DNA of 63,588 nucleotides, counting the filler, from Octopus bimaculoides (lineage: Eukaryota): the NCBI RefSeq assembly GCF_001194135.2. It is 8 parts of 7 records of this genome, joined end to end, with 100 filler letters (N's around TTAATTAATTAA, not from the genome) between each part and the next. Parts side by side here need not be neighbours in the genome. Positions count along the whole stretch, not along the records: positions 1 to 6,204 come from NC_069007.1; positions 6,305 to 18,037 come from NC_068991.1; 6 more parts are not named here. One strand, 5' to 3'. Shown here in pieces: positions 1 through 11,819 of the stretch. Under the pieces are notes generated by a model, which worked only from the letters and a program-made list of their open reading frames with translations, did not search any database and had not been told where the DNA came from. The position numbers were made by a program, and so were the translations under genes. Every line of letters begins with the position of its first letter. Position 1 is the stretch's first letter.

Positions 1-486
1 CATATATAAATGTATATTCGTATGTGTATGTTGTGTGTGTGTGTGTGCGTGCGTGTGTGTATGTATCTGTGTGTGTATGTGTGTGTGTGTATGTGTGTGT
101 GTGTATGTGTGTGTGTGTATGTGTGTGTATAAACCTATATACCCTCTCTATACATGCTCTGTACGCAGGTAAATACATTTACATATATTATAAAAGCTGT
201 CTGAACGACAAACAAGCAACAGGCGACAAGAACAACATCAACAACAGCAACAGCATCATCATCATCGTCATCATCATCAAAATCAACAGCAGCAGCAGCA
301 TCATCCTCATCGTCATCATCATCAACATCAACAACAGCAGCAGCAGCAATGACCAAAACAACGTCAAGTGCTTTAGTAATAACAACAATCATAACGGCAG
401 CATTTCTGAACAGAAATGCTTACGTCTTTTATCCGCTGCCGCCTTTGCTCTGGCACGATCAGCACCACTACCACCACCATCATCAC

Positions 487-535
<49 letters not shown>

Positions 536-1654
536 AACAACAGCAACATTACCACCACGACCATCATCACGAACGATCAGACCTTTTTCTACGTCATGCA
601 AACAGGCTTTACACCATCATAACCGCGGTCCATCCATCCATCCATCCATCTTTCCCCCCCCACCACCCATCACCGCCATCACCGCTACTACCAATAAAAC
701 TACGATGATGATNNNNNNNNNNNNNNNNNNNNNNNNNNNNNNNNNNNNNNNNNNNNNNNNNNNNNNNNNNNNNNNNNNNNNNNNNNNNNNNNNNNNNNNN
801 NNNNNNNNNNNNNNNNNNNNNNNNNNNNNNNNNNNNNNNNNNNNNNNNNNNNNNNNNNNNNNNNNNNNNNNNNNNNNNNNNNNNNNNNNNNNNNNNNNNN
901 NNNNNNNNNNNNNNNNNNNNNNNNNNNNNNNNNNNNNNNNNNNNNNNNNNNNNNNNNNNNNNNNNNNNNNNNNNNNNNNNNNNNNNNNNNNNNNNNNNNN
1001 NNNNNNNNNNNNNNNNNNNNNNNNNNNNNNNNNNNNNNNNNNNNNNNNNNNNNNNNNNNNNNNNNNNNNNNNNNNNNNNNNNNNNNNNNNNNNNNNNNNN
1101 NNNNNNNNNNNNNNNNNNNNNNNNNNNNNNNNNNNNNNNNNNNNNNNNNNNNNNNNNNNNNNNNNNNNNNNNNNNNNNNNNNNNNNNNNNNNNNNNNNNN
1201 NNNNNNNNNNNNNNNNNNNNNNNNNNNNNNNNNNNNNNNNNNNNNNNNNNNNNNNNNNNNNNNNNNNNNNNNNNNNNNNNNNNNNNNNNNNNNNNNNNNN
1301 NNNNNNNNNNNNNNNNNNNNNNNNNNNNNNNNNNNNNNNNNNNNNNNNNNNNNNNNNNNNNNNNNNNNNNNNNNNNNNNNNNNNNNNNNNNNNNNNNNNN
1401 NNNGGCGGTGGAGATGGAGGTTTTGGTGTAGTGGTGGTAGTTTACTGAGTATGGGGTGTGGTAGCAGCTAGCGATAGTTTGTAGTAGTAGTAGTAGTAGT
1501 AGTTTCGGTGGTAGTGTGTTTGTGTTGATGGTAGAAGTGCTGTGACGCGTTGTAGCGGCGGCAGCGGCGGTTGTGGTAGTGGTGGTGGAGATGGAAGTTT
1601 GGTGTGGTGGTGGTGGTTTACTGAGTATGGGGTGTGGTGGCAGCAGCAATAGCA

Positions 1655-1700
<46 letters not shown>

Positions 1701-2230
1701 CAGCAGCTGTAGTGTCGGTGGTAGTGTGTTTGTATTGGTGGCAGAGGTGGTGTGACGTGTTGTAGCGGCAGCGGTGGCGGTGGTTGTAGTGGTGGTGTCT
1801 ATGGTAGTGCGATGTGCTGATGGTGGAGGTTGCAGAGGTAACTGTAGAATTGGTGGTAGCAAAGATGGTGGTGTATGGTTGCATCTGTATTTAACGTGTA
1901 TGCAGTGTTGCTCAATATGTTTGTTGTATTGGTGTTTGTACAGTTATTGTATTGTATTTATATATATACTTTTTACGGGCGTATGTTGGCGGAGCGTCGG
2001 TGTGCTGACGTAGCGGTGGCGTGTTATTTCTCTGTATTCGTGTCTTGGTGTATCTCGGAATGTGTTGGTGTGTCCGTGAGTGACTTGTGCACTTGTGTGT
2101 TCGTAATGGCGGTTGTAAAAGCGACGAGTGGACTTCGGCCGTGTATCGTCATTTACTATTATGTATGGCAGTGGTTGTGGTGCCGGCGATAGTTGTGATG
2201 GGGTGGTGGTGGTGATGGTGGGTACTGTTG
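1..2230. repeat. Compound microsatellite/low-complexity block: (GT)n, (CAA/CAG/CAT/CAC)n, (GTA/GTG)n around a gap
   Basis: Directly visible di- and trinucleotide runs; gap at 713-1403; includes a ~176-bp diverged duplication (1441 vs 1617). Confidence 0.9.
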
Positions 2231-3179
2231 TTGATGTGGTGTAACCAAACTCAGCAGTTTCTTACCGAAAGGTAATACTTAGTCAACAGAAAATAGCAAC
2301 CATACGGAATACCGAGCGAGAATCTTCTGTACATAAACTAGGAATTGGGTTTGGAGAGAAGATAAAGCTCTTAGCCAAGTTCAGGCACCACAGACTGTAA
2401 AATAGCTTGCTACTTAATGAAAATGTAATATCAGATATAACTAGATGTGACTTAGTGTTAACCAGTGTTTTCACATGTTTTCACATGCTTTGAGTTTAAA
2501 TGACACCAAAATGAACTTTGCCTTTCATAAAGAGAGATCGATAACATAATACAGCCAGCTTTATTCAACTATGTCCTTCAAAAAAGTGAGTGGTCTTGTG
2601 CTAATGGAAGAAATCAATATTATGAACATCGAAATACAAATATGTTATAAGAGGACTGCACAAGAAACAAATATAAGTATAAGACGAAGAGGGGTTTTTC
2701 TCTCAATGGGTAAAATTAATTTGTAAAGCAATTATCTACAAAGATAAAATTGCATCCCAAGAGGGTAAAGGAAAAGAGAACTGCGAGATATTACGGTGAA
2801 TTTTATGAGCTTGATTTTAAATAATGCTTTTTTTAACCATAAATCTACCATCGCATACGATGAAAGGAAGTACCTCCACAGCGTTCTCAAGATATGTATG
2901 GTTGCTAAAAGACCTAGATGTAAAGACTAAATTATCAAATGAATAAATTAGGCGGTGATAAATGAAATGATGCAGAAGAAAATGTCAATAAATCGGGATT
3001 GTTTTTATTGGAGAAAGACAGACCAAAATGTACCAGTAATTGCTGGCATCTCTCGAAGTAAAAGAGAGAGATAATCTCGAGTAATATAGAATGATTTCCC
3101 AAAATTCATTCATGACGGTTATTCTTGTTGCTGTTGATGTTATTTCTCTGTATACTTTTGTGATTTACGTTGGATACGA

Positions 3180-3300
3180 TCAGAGCACCGCGACGCGTAA
3201 TCATGGAGGTGTGAGTTCGAGTCTCATAGTCGGCCGCCAAAACCTTTTCTGCAAAAATAGGGGTAGCTATATTATTAGCATTATCCTGCGTTTGAGAATT
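3180..3300 (+). mobile_element. 5'-truncated copy of a tRNA-like element (paralog of 3460-3608)
   Basis: cagagcaccgcgacgcgtaatcatggaggtgtgagttcgagtctcatag...ttatcctgcgtttgagaat aligns to 3479-3608. Confidence 0.65.
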
Positions 3301-3459
3301 TAAAATCACTTCTTTTAACTTTCTAAGACATCTCAACGCCTCTAAAAGCAAACTTCGTTTGTTTGTTTACGTTTATCGTAATTTGAATTTAACGTATGAT
3401 AGCGTCTCATAAAGCGAGATTTCTATACATCTTAAATTTGCAGAAGAATTTCTGGTGAG

Positions 3460-3534
3460 GGCGGTTTAGCTTAATGGTTCAGAGCACCGCGTCGCGTAAT
3501 CACGGAGGTGTGAGTTCGAACCTCATAGCCGACC
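3460..3534 (+). pseudogene. tRNA-like cloverleaf (tRNA pseudogene or SINE head; possible CGT anticodon in a non-canonical loop)
   Basis: A-box TAGCTTAATGG; T-arm GTGAG-TTCGAAC-CTCAT; acceptor GGCGGTT/AGCCGAC with one mismatch; imperfect anticodon arm; T5 run shortly downstream. Confidence 0.55.
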
Positions 3535-3619
3535 ACCAACACATTTTTCTGCAAAAATAGAGGTAGCTTATCCTCTTCAGGCTATATCATTATCCTGCGT
3601 TTGAGAATATTTTATCATT

Positions 3620-3815
3620 TTTCTCTTACTTGTTTCACTCATTAGATTGCGGCCATGCTGGGGTATCTCTTTAAAGAATCTTAGTCGACCTTACCGACCC
3701 CAGTATTTGTTTTTTTTTTCTATAAAGCCAGGTATTTATTATATCGCTCACTTTTGCCGAACCGCTAGATTATGGGGACGTAAACAAAGTAACATCGGTT
3801 GTTAAAACAGGAATC
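3620..3815 (-). mobile_element. SINE family C, 3' tail only
   Basis: Matches the tail of the 15355-15748 copy (gcggccatgctgg...ttttgccgaaccgcta...ggggacgtaaac). Confidence 0.8.
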
Positions 3816-3934
3816 AAAGAGATCCATTGACAGAATAGTATCGAGAACCACTGGAATAAATGAAAAGAGAAAAATATGAATGCTATAATTTACCGAGTAT
3901 CCTTTATCTCTCGTTACGTATCTTTTATCCGCTA

Positions 3935-4310
3935 CGTGTTTCAGTCATTATACTGCGACCATGCCGGAGCAACGCCTTGAAGAAAATTTAGTTTTTAAGC
4001 CTGGGACTTATTCTATCGGTTTCGTTGGCCGAGTCGCTAAGTTACGAGGACGCAAACACACAGGCATCGGTTGTCAAGCGGTGGTAGCGGGGACAAACAC
4101 AGATACAAAGAAACACACACACACATGCACGCACGTATATATATGACGGTCTTCTTCCAATTTCCGTCTACCAAATCCACTCACAAAGATTTGTTTGGCC
4201 CGAAGCTATACTAGAGAAAACTTGCCCAAGGTGCCACGCAGTGGGGCTGAACTAGGGACCATGTGGTTGGTAAGCAAGCTACTAACCACACACCTACGCC
4301 TGCATCTATA
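3935..4310 (-). mobile_element. SINE family C, near full length
   Basis: Tail + internal (CA)n + ttccgtctaccaaatccactcac...cttgcccaaggtgccacgcagtgg...accatgtggttggtaagc head. Confidence 0.85.
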
Positions 4311-5056
4311 ATACATCTATAGACAGAGGCGAAACTTGAAGTCATGGTAACCTAATGTTTTTACAATAAAATTTAATTCTACAACCAAATTTGAATTCTC
4401 ACATCAACAAACATCTGCTTGTTGTTTTACACACACATATCTCTATGCATATAAATATNNNNNNNNNNNNNNNNNNNNNNNNNNNNNNNNNNNNNNNNNN
4501 NNNNNNNNNNNNNNNNNNNNNNNNNNNNNNNNNNNNNNNNNNNNNNNNNNNNNNNNNNNNNNNNNNNNNNNNNNNNNNNNNNNNNNNNNNNNNNNNNNNN
4601 NNNNNNNNNNNNNNNNNNNNNNNNNNNNNNNNNNNNNNNNNNNNNNNNNNNNNNNNNNNNNNNNNNNNNNNNNNNNNNNNNNNNNNNNNNNNNNNNNNNN
4701 NNNNNNNNNNNNNNNNNNNNNNNNNNNNNNNNNNNNNNNNNNNNNNNNNNNNNNNNNNNNNNNNNNNNNNNNNNNNNNNNNNNNNNNNNNNNNNNNNNNN
4801 NNNNNNNNNNNNNNNNNNNNNNNNNNNNNNNNNNNNNNNNNNNNNNNNNNNNNNNNNNNNNNNNNNNNNNNNNNNNNNNNNNNNNNNNATATATATATAT
4901 ATATATATATACTCAGATAATACAAGGATACAAACATAAACACGTATATTTTATAGAATATAGCCTCGTAATGATGGGCATGGAACGGTGTGTCTGAAAA
5001 ACTAAAATCGTTAGCAATAATAAACGGTTCATGCCAAAACAGACCATTGTCTTCAC

Positions 5057-5732
5057 AACAGCAGCAGCAGCAGCAGATGCAGTAGCAGCAGATGCAGTAG
5101 CAGCAGAAACAACAGTAGCAGAGAAGTAGAAAGAACCAGTAGTAGCAGTAGCAGCAGTAGCAATGACAACGACAACAGCTGGCACAACAACCACAACAAT
5201 AATAATACAAGACAAAAATATGATCATAGAATATACAATAGAAGCAACAGGAATAATAACAACATATATATATATATCTGTGTATATGGGCATGCGTGTG
5301 TATATAGGTGTAAGTGTGTTTAAATATGGACGCATACACAGATGAAAAACATATGTACAGCGAGGTGAAACCTGTGACAAGGAATTCAAAATAACGCACA
5401 CACATACGACTGTTTATGTTACGTAACACATGAATATTTATCTGTAAACACCCACCAACACGAATGTAAGTGTATAAATGTTGTATATGTATATGCGTCT
5501 GTATGTGTGTGTGTTTATGTGTTTGTATGTATGTATATCTATATATAACTGAGCGTATATGTGCGCATGTATTAAGATATTCATATAAATATACACTTGC
5601 ATGCACAAACGTTAGTACACATGTCGAGGAATAATGTATCTATAAGGTATATATATTTATATAAGTATATATTGTGTATATAAGTAATATCTACATATGT
5701 ATGTATATATTCATGTATATATGTATGTATGC

Positions 5733-5804
<72 letters not shown>

Positions 5805-7590
5805 CTGTCTATTTATCTATAAATTTATCTATCGATCTATTATACAAAACTTCCACATATATACAAGTATTTAGGTATGTGAGCATATATGGTGTATGTC
5901 TATATGTGTATGGGTATATATATGTGTGCGTGTGTTTATCTATGGTAGTGCATAGAAAAATACACATATCCACACATATACATACATGCATAAACGCATA
6001 GTAGAGGGAACGAAACACGTGTCTGTACATACGATACATATGTACCTGCACACACAGATTTTTACAAATCTGCACCTATCTGTACACATGTATGAACGGT
6101 GCGATACGCATGTTCACATACGCAGCAGCAGCACACAAAACACCCACACATACCTATATGCATACGCACATCACATGCGCATTATACATATCTTTATATA
6201 TATANNNNNNNNNNNNNNNNNNNNNNNNNNNNNNNNNNNNNNNNNNNNTTAATTAATTAANNNNNNNNNNNNNNNNNNNNNNNNNNNNNNNNNNNNNNNN
6301 NNNNTAAAAAACTACCAAAAAATATGTTGCTTATTTTTTGGTAGTTTTTGACTTATTTAGTCCCTCGAAGCGTGAGGCATTACTACACAGTTAATGCCCT
6401 TTATATAAAATTATATATATATATATATATATATATCATCTTCCTTTTCTATTGGACTTTCCTGTTTCTGAAGAAGAACTTTGCTCAAAGCGTTAAACCA
6501 TCTTTCTTTCCTTCTGTAAGTGTCTGCTAATACTTTACATATACCACATCCTCGCTTTGTTGTTCTTTTGTGTTTGTTTTTTTCAATCATATTACCTCTA
6601 TATGTATGCTAGCATCAACAGTGCCTATTTACATATATAGTATCACTAAAACAATGTCGATATTAACAATGTTTTCCATTCATGTTTCTTCCAGAAATAG
6701 CTTTGTCTACACACCCACAAGTTTACTCCTTCTTTGGAACTGATTCTCTCCAGCCTTTTCTTCCCACACAGTATCATCCTTAACAGGAAAAAAAAAAAAT
6801 GAACAATTTAGGAAATATGCTAAATATTTACATGTAAACATAAAATAGATGTAGGGTAAAAATAGTACAGTATTTGATACAGTTTTCATTTAAATTTCGT
6901 ACAATATATGATCTAATTTGAAAGATTATAAAATGTTTTGTGATCAGCTGAGGTTTTTTGTGTGTCAAATAAAGGGAAATGACATGTCTATTGAAAGAAT
7001 TTGTGTGTATGTATGTGTATGTATGTATGTATGCATGTATGTATGTATGTATGTATGCATGTGTGTATGTATGTTCGTATGTATGTATATGTGTGTTTGT
7101 GTGCATGCATGTGTGTGTATGTATAAGTGTGTTTGTGTATATGTATATGTATGTCTGTACGTATGTGTATGTATCTTATTTACATGTATGTATGTATGTA
7201 TGTATGTTAGTATGTATGTATGTTAGTATGTATGTATGTATGTTAGTATGTACGTATGTACGTATGTTAGTATGTATGTATGTATGTATGTATGTATGTA
7301 TGTNNNNNNNNNNNNNNNNNNNNNNNNNNNNNNNNNNNNNNNNNNNNNNNNNNNNNNNNNNNNNNNNNNNNNNNNNNNNNNNNNNNNNNNNNNNNNNNNN
7401 NNNNNNNNNNNNNNNNNNNNNNNNNNNNNNNNNNNNNNNNNNNNNNNNNNNNNNNNNNNNNNNNNNNNNNNNNNNNNNNNNNNNNNNNNNNNNNNNNNNN
7501 NNNNNNNNNNNNNNNNNNNNNNNNNNNNNNNNNNNNNNNNNNNNNNNNNNNNNNNNNNNNNNNNNNNNNNNNNNNNNNNNNNNNNNNNNN

Positions 7591-7630
<40 letters not shown>
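5057..7630. repeat. Microsatellite-rich stretch: (CAG/TAG)n, (AT)n, (GT)n, (GTAT)n flanking gaps
   Basis: Directly visible tandem runs, interrupted by short unique segments. Confidence 0.8.
6249..6260. other. Assembly gap spacer TTAATTAATTAA (also 18082, 27558, 41022, 46258, 51726, 56238)
   Basis: Identical 12-mer centred in 100-bp N gaps (44 N each side at the copy counted); gives stops in all six frames. Confidence 0.95.
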
Positions 7631-8010
7631 CATGTCCATGAATGTTGGACATGTGGAATTCAAAAAGGTACCAAAGGTTGTTGTTGTTGGAGAGATGGTG
7701 GAGAATCCAGTTGCAAGATGTTGGTGCTTTAATGTTTCCATGCCCAGGGAAGCAAAACGTTTAGGGTAGATGCTAGATGCTTGATGGCAGGCATTTGTCT
7801 GGTTGCAAGTTTCTGAACAGTTTCCAGTAGACTGATATGCTGAGGAAGATAGGGGTTCCAGACTGATGATGCAGTCTCTAAATATGGACATACCATAGAC
7901 ATATATAGCTTTAAATAAGAGAGCTTGACGGCTGTGGAGAAAGGTCTTACTGAGTGATGCTAAGACACCCTCAGCCATTGACAATAATACCCAGGACATG
8001 TTCACTAATA
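7630..8010 (-). mobile_element. CR1/L2-type LINE fragment (post-RT region), frameshifted
   Basis: Minus-strand translation PYLETASSVWNPYLPQHISLLETVQKLATRQMPAIKHL...KRFASLGMETLKH matches the CR1 PxLEYASxVWNP...LExVQxRATR motif. Confidence 0.8.
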
Positions 8011-8339
8011 GACCCCTTAAGATTGAATTTTCTATTTTTTTTCAGTCTCACCAGAATTGTTCTTTAGTCTTTTGTTCAGTACTGTATCATATAATATATC
8101 TCCTTTCCAAATTATTATTTCGTTTCCTGTCTCATATCAGATGGTTTCAAATTTATGAAGCGATATTGTATTTAAACAAAGAACAATTTGCAGCTTCTAT
8201 AAACAGGTCCCTGTTTTCATGACTAGTCTAACTTTTATTAGCCACGTTTCACTGAGCTTGTTTTAACTCTAATTGTATGTGGTAGATGTAGGAATGGGTG
8301 TGGTATGATTGTGTCTTTGAGAAGTTTGCTTTATTAACT

Positions 8340-8870
8340 ATATGGCTTTGGGTTCAGTCCCACTCTGTGGCATCTTAAGCAAGTGTCTTCTACTAAAGCC
8401 CTGGGCCAATCAAAGCTTTGTGAGTGCATTTGGTAGACAGCAACTGATATAAATACACACACACACACATACATATATAATATGTGTATGTATGTATTAT
8501 ATGTGTGTGTATGTACATATATATATGTGTATGTATGTATTATGTGTGTGCGTTTGTACATATATATGTGTGTGTGTATGTGTATATATATATATGTATA
8601 TATGTGTTTGTACTTGTGTGCATTTGTGAATTAATGTATTCTTGTCTTGGCATTGCATGAGTGTTGTAAACAAGTGCCACTGTCATACAGGAGGGTATCC
8701 TTTGTTTCCAGTCTTCCATAAAAACGTGTCTAGCCATGGGGAAAATATTACCTTACAGCAAAAAAGGTGAGGGTTGGTGACAGGAAGGGCATCTGGCTGT
8801 AGAAAACATGCCTCAACAAATTCCATCTAAGCATGGAAAGGTGGATATTAAAATAATGACGATGAATTAT
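8340..8870 (+). mobile_element. SINE with family C head/core, internal microsatellite and a different 3' tail
   Basis: gggttcagtcccactctgtggcatcttaagcaagtgtcttctac head; tail gttggtgacaggaagggcatctggctgtagaaa...gcatggaaaggtggatattaaaataatgacgatg is unlike other C copies. Confidence 0.65.
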
Positions 8871-9062
8871 TGTACTGAAATTCCATGCAAAATATGAACT
8901 TAAGGACCTTTTTTTAATATTTTTAAACATGTCCTTCTATTGTTTTAATATTGTAGCTGTCACTTGTCGACAGGATTGGCAAGTGGTGTTTCCGTTTTCC
9001 TGTGAAATGTTCTCAGAACCCAACCATTTGATATTTTATTAGAAATTGCATATTATCCAATC

Positions 9063-9590
9063 TATAACTGTTAAAAAAAGTATGGAGCACAAGTGTAATT
9101 TCAATAAAGAACAAAATATGAATTTTTAACACTAACGTAAAAGCGGTGTTATTGTATGGGGTTGAGACATGGAGAACAACAGTTAAGTCAAATAAGCAAA
9201 TACAATCATTCATCAACAGGTGCTTGCATAGTATACTTAAAATCAGATGGCCCGAACACATAAGCAATGTGGAGCTATGGCAAAGAATGAATCAAGTTTC
9301 GATTAGAGAACAAATATTTAAGAAAAAGTGGAGGTGGATTGGTAGCACAATTAGAAAGGACACACCAAATGTAGCGAAAAGTGCTTTACTGTGGAATCCG
9401 GATGGATATAGAAAGAGGGGTAGGCCTAAGAACTCGTGGCGTAGATCAACACAAAAGGAACTAGAGAAAGGGGGACATTCATGGCAGAGTATAAGTACAG
9501 AAGCGAGAAATTATGCGACATGGAATTCAATTATAAGTGGCCTATACTCCACGTTGGAGGGTTAAAGGCAAGAAGAAGAAGGAGAATTGC
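9063..9590 (+). mobile_element. RTE-clade LINE 3' end (5'-truncated)
   Basis: FNTNVKAVLLYGVETW...ILKIRWPEHISNVELW...KWRWIG...WNPDGYRKRGRPKNSWRR, stop at 9563-9565, then an (AAG)n tail. Confidence 0.92.
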
Positions 9591-9783
9591 GTATTATCAT
9601 GGCGAAGAATATTTTTTGTGAATACAGTTTGTTTATCATAAATAACAACAATTCTGTGCTGAACAGAATACACAGATGATTTGTTTATAGTAATCAAATG
9701 TTTGTATCATTCATTATCTCATTCCTTCCACTTGAATCAACAATTCTTTCGCCATGGCTCCAGGCATATAAAAAGCTGCTTAC

Positions 9784-9832
9784 CCTTCCTGGTTAAAAGA
9801 AGGTGGTTGGGCAATCTTCAATACGAATTCAG
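9784..9832 (-). CDS. Candidate 49-nt internal host exon (xEFVLKIAQPPSFNQEG), product unknown
   Basis: Pyrimidine-rich acceptor ttttctcctccctggatatcag and donor AGG|gtaagc in non-repetitive sequence; one open frame; peptide not recognised. Confidence 0.25.
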
Positions 9833-10090
9833 CTGATATCCAGGAGGGAGAAAATAGATATCAACCGCAATGCTTGGCTGGTACTTATTTTATCAACCCC
9901 AAAAGATGAAGGTCAGCTTCAATGGTATTTAGCTCTGAGCATAAAGAGCTGGAAGAGATGCCGGTAAGCAACTATGAGACTTTCTGCCTACCTTACAACA
10001 AACAACTGAATGTTATAGTTCGTTTTGGAATATGAAGGTACCAAAAAAGAAACTGCACTCAGCAACAACAGATGCAATAACATACCTTTG

Positions 10091-10309
10091 AGAGGGTGGG
10101 GAGCTGGCAGAATCGTTAACATGCCAGGCAAAATGTGTAGTGGTATTTCGTCTGCCGTTACGTTCTGAGTTCAAATTCTGCTGAAGTCAACTTTGCCTTT
10201 CATTCTTTCAGGGTCGATAAATTAAGTACCAGCTGCATACTAGGGTCGATCTAATCGACTGGCCTCCTCCACCAAAATTTCAGGCCTTGTGTCTAGAGTA
10301 GAAAAGAAT
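10091..10309 (+). mobile_element. SINE family B, tail type A
   Basis: gagctggcagaatcgttaac...gagttcaaattc...tttcatt ctttcagggtcgataaattaagtaccag...ccttgtgtctagagtagaaaagaat. Confidence 0.9.
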
Positions 10310-10318
10310 ATACCTTTG

Positions 10319-10560
10319 AGAGGGGGTGGCAAGCAGGCAGAATCGTTAGCACACCGGGCAAAATGCTTAGTGGTATTTCATCTGCTGTTACATTCTGAGT
10401 TCAAATTCTGCCAAGGTCAACTTTGCCTTTCATCCTTTCAGAGTCGATTAAATAAATACCAGTTACGCACTGGGGTTAATGTAATCAACTTAATCCCTTC
10501 ATCTGTCCTTGTTTGCCCCTCTATGTTTAGCCCCCTGTAGACAATAAAGAAATAGATAAT
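10319..10560 (+). mobile_element. SINE family B, tail type B
   Basis: Same head and core; tail taatcccttcatctgtccttgtttgcccctctatgtttagccccc...aataaagaaata. Confidence 0.9.
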
Positions 10561-10593
10561 ATACCTTTGTAAAATGCCACTACATGAACCAAA

Positions 10594-10983
10594 GTGGAGG
10601 CGCAATGGCCCAGTGGTTAGGGCAGCGGACTCGCGGTCATAGGATCGCGGTTTTGATTCCCAGATCGGGCGTTGTGAGTGTTTATTGAGAGAAAACACCT
10701 AAAAGCTCCACGAGGCTCCGGCAGGGGATGGTGGTGAACCCTGCTGTACTCTTCCACCACAACTTTCTCTCACTCTTACTTCCTGTTTCTATTGTGCCTG
10801 TAATTCAAAGGGTCAGCCTTGTCACACTGTGTCACGCTGAATATCCCCGAGAATTATGTTAAGGGTACACGTGTCTGTGGAGTGCTCAGCCACTTGCACG
10901 TTAATTTCACGAACAGGCTGTTCCGTTGATCGGATCAACTGGAACCCTCGACGTTGTAAGCGACGGAGTGCCAACAACAACAA
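10594..10983 (+). mobile_element. SINE family A, full length
   Basis: tRNA-like head (tggcccagtggtt A-box; ggttttgattccc B-box-like); (CAA)n tail; 8-bp TSD atgaacca at 10584-10591 and 10985-10992. Confidence 0.92.
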
Positions 10984-11019
10984 TATGAACCAGTACTTGA
11001 AGAAAATGTGTCCCTAAGT

Positions 11020-11320
11020 GAAAAGGCAAAACAAATAAAAAATATAGCCAAAGAAACCAGCCTCCAATAAACTAAGGAGAAATGGGAGCAAAAACCACTG
11101 TGTGGCAAATACCTGATTTGAAGCTAGGTACATCAAAGCTATATCCATCAGTGGCTGGCATGATCTGGTTTCAAGTTGGAAACTGAGGGGTAGGTTATTG
11201 CATCCAGCTAGGAGGTACAAGTGTAATGTTTTGAAAGATGAAAAGTTCCCATTGTGTTGCATATGCAGAATACATCCAATGATAGTCAGCCACATCATCT
11301 CTGGATGCAGCCATTTCATT
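11020..11320 (+). mobile_element. R4/Dong-clade (restriction-like endonuclease) LINE fragment, decayed
   Basis: KWEQKPLCGKY...WLA*SGFKLETEG...CCICRIHPMIVSHIISGC resembles the KPLHG...ETEG...CRxC...HIISGC region. Confidence 0.7.
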
Positions 11321-11819
11321 TAATTGAACCCAATAAGTAACTGACTTTTTATTTTATCAACCGTGAAAGAATGAAATGGCGAAGTTGACTTAGGTAGGAT
11401 TTGAACTCAGAATGTAAAGAATGGGAAGGGCTGAAACAGATAATGCAAAGTCAGGAAGCTGATACTTATTTAAACACACACATTATGTAGATAAGGTTTG
11501 AAATCCCAACTGTGTCCTCTTGAAGCACATCTGCTTATTTCAGAATTCCAAATCTGTTATGGAGATGTTATATCTGTGTGGGGTGTGCATATTAGTGAAA
11601 ATACAAGAAAATATTTTCTGCCGAGTGATAATACCTAATTAAACTGGAGAATTTTTTTGGTGTTATTTATGCACCATTACATGTATTTCATTTGGTAATG
11701 GGAGTTACAAAATATTGTACATGGGGTATAGAAAACACGTAAGGGATCTCGATTAGAAATTTTTCAGACAAGATATCAAATAATACAACAAATACAAATA
11801 TGAATACGAATACATGTGC

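Noticed and set aside
24-1862. Long ORFs (474 aa, 417 aa) and similar ones across the window (e.g. 23886-25178, 42000-42985)
   Set aside because: They are translations of microsatellites plus N read-through, with no protein-like content.
4950-5060. Protein-like peptide EDNGLFWHEPFIIANDFSFSDTPFHAHHYE (minus)
   Set aside because: No convincing splice pair and no recognisable family; it is bounded by microsatellite.
10594-10670. Functional tRNA genes at SINE heads (families A-D)
   Set aside because: The heads continue into SINE bodies with tails and TSDs, and their cloverleafs are incomplete.
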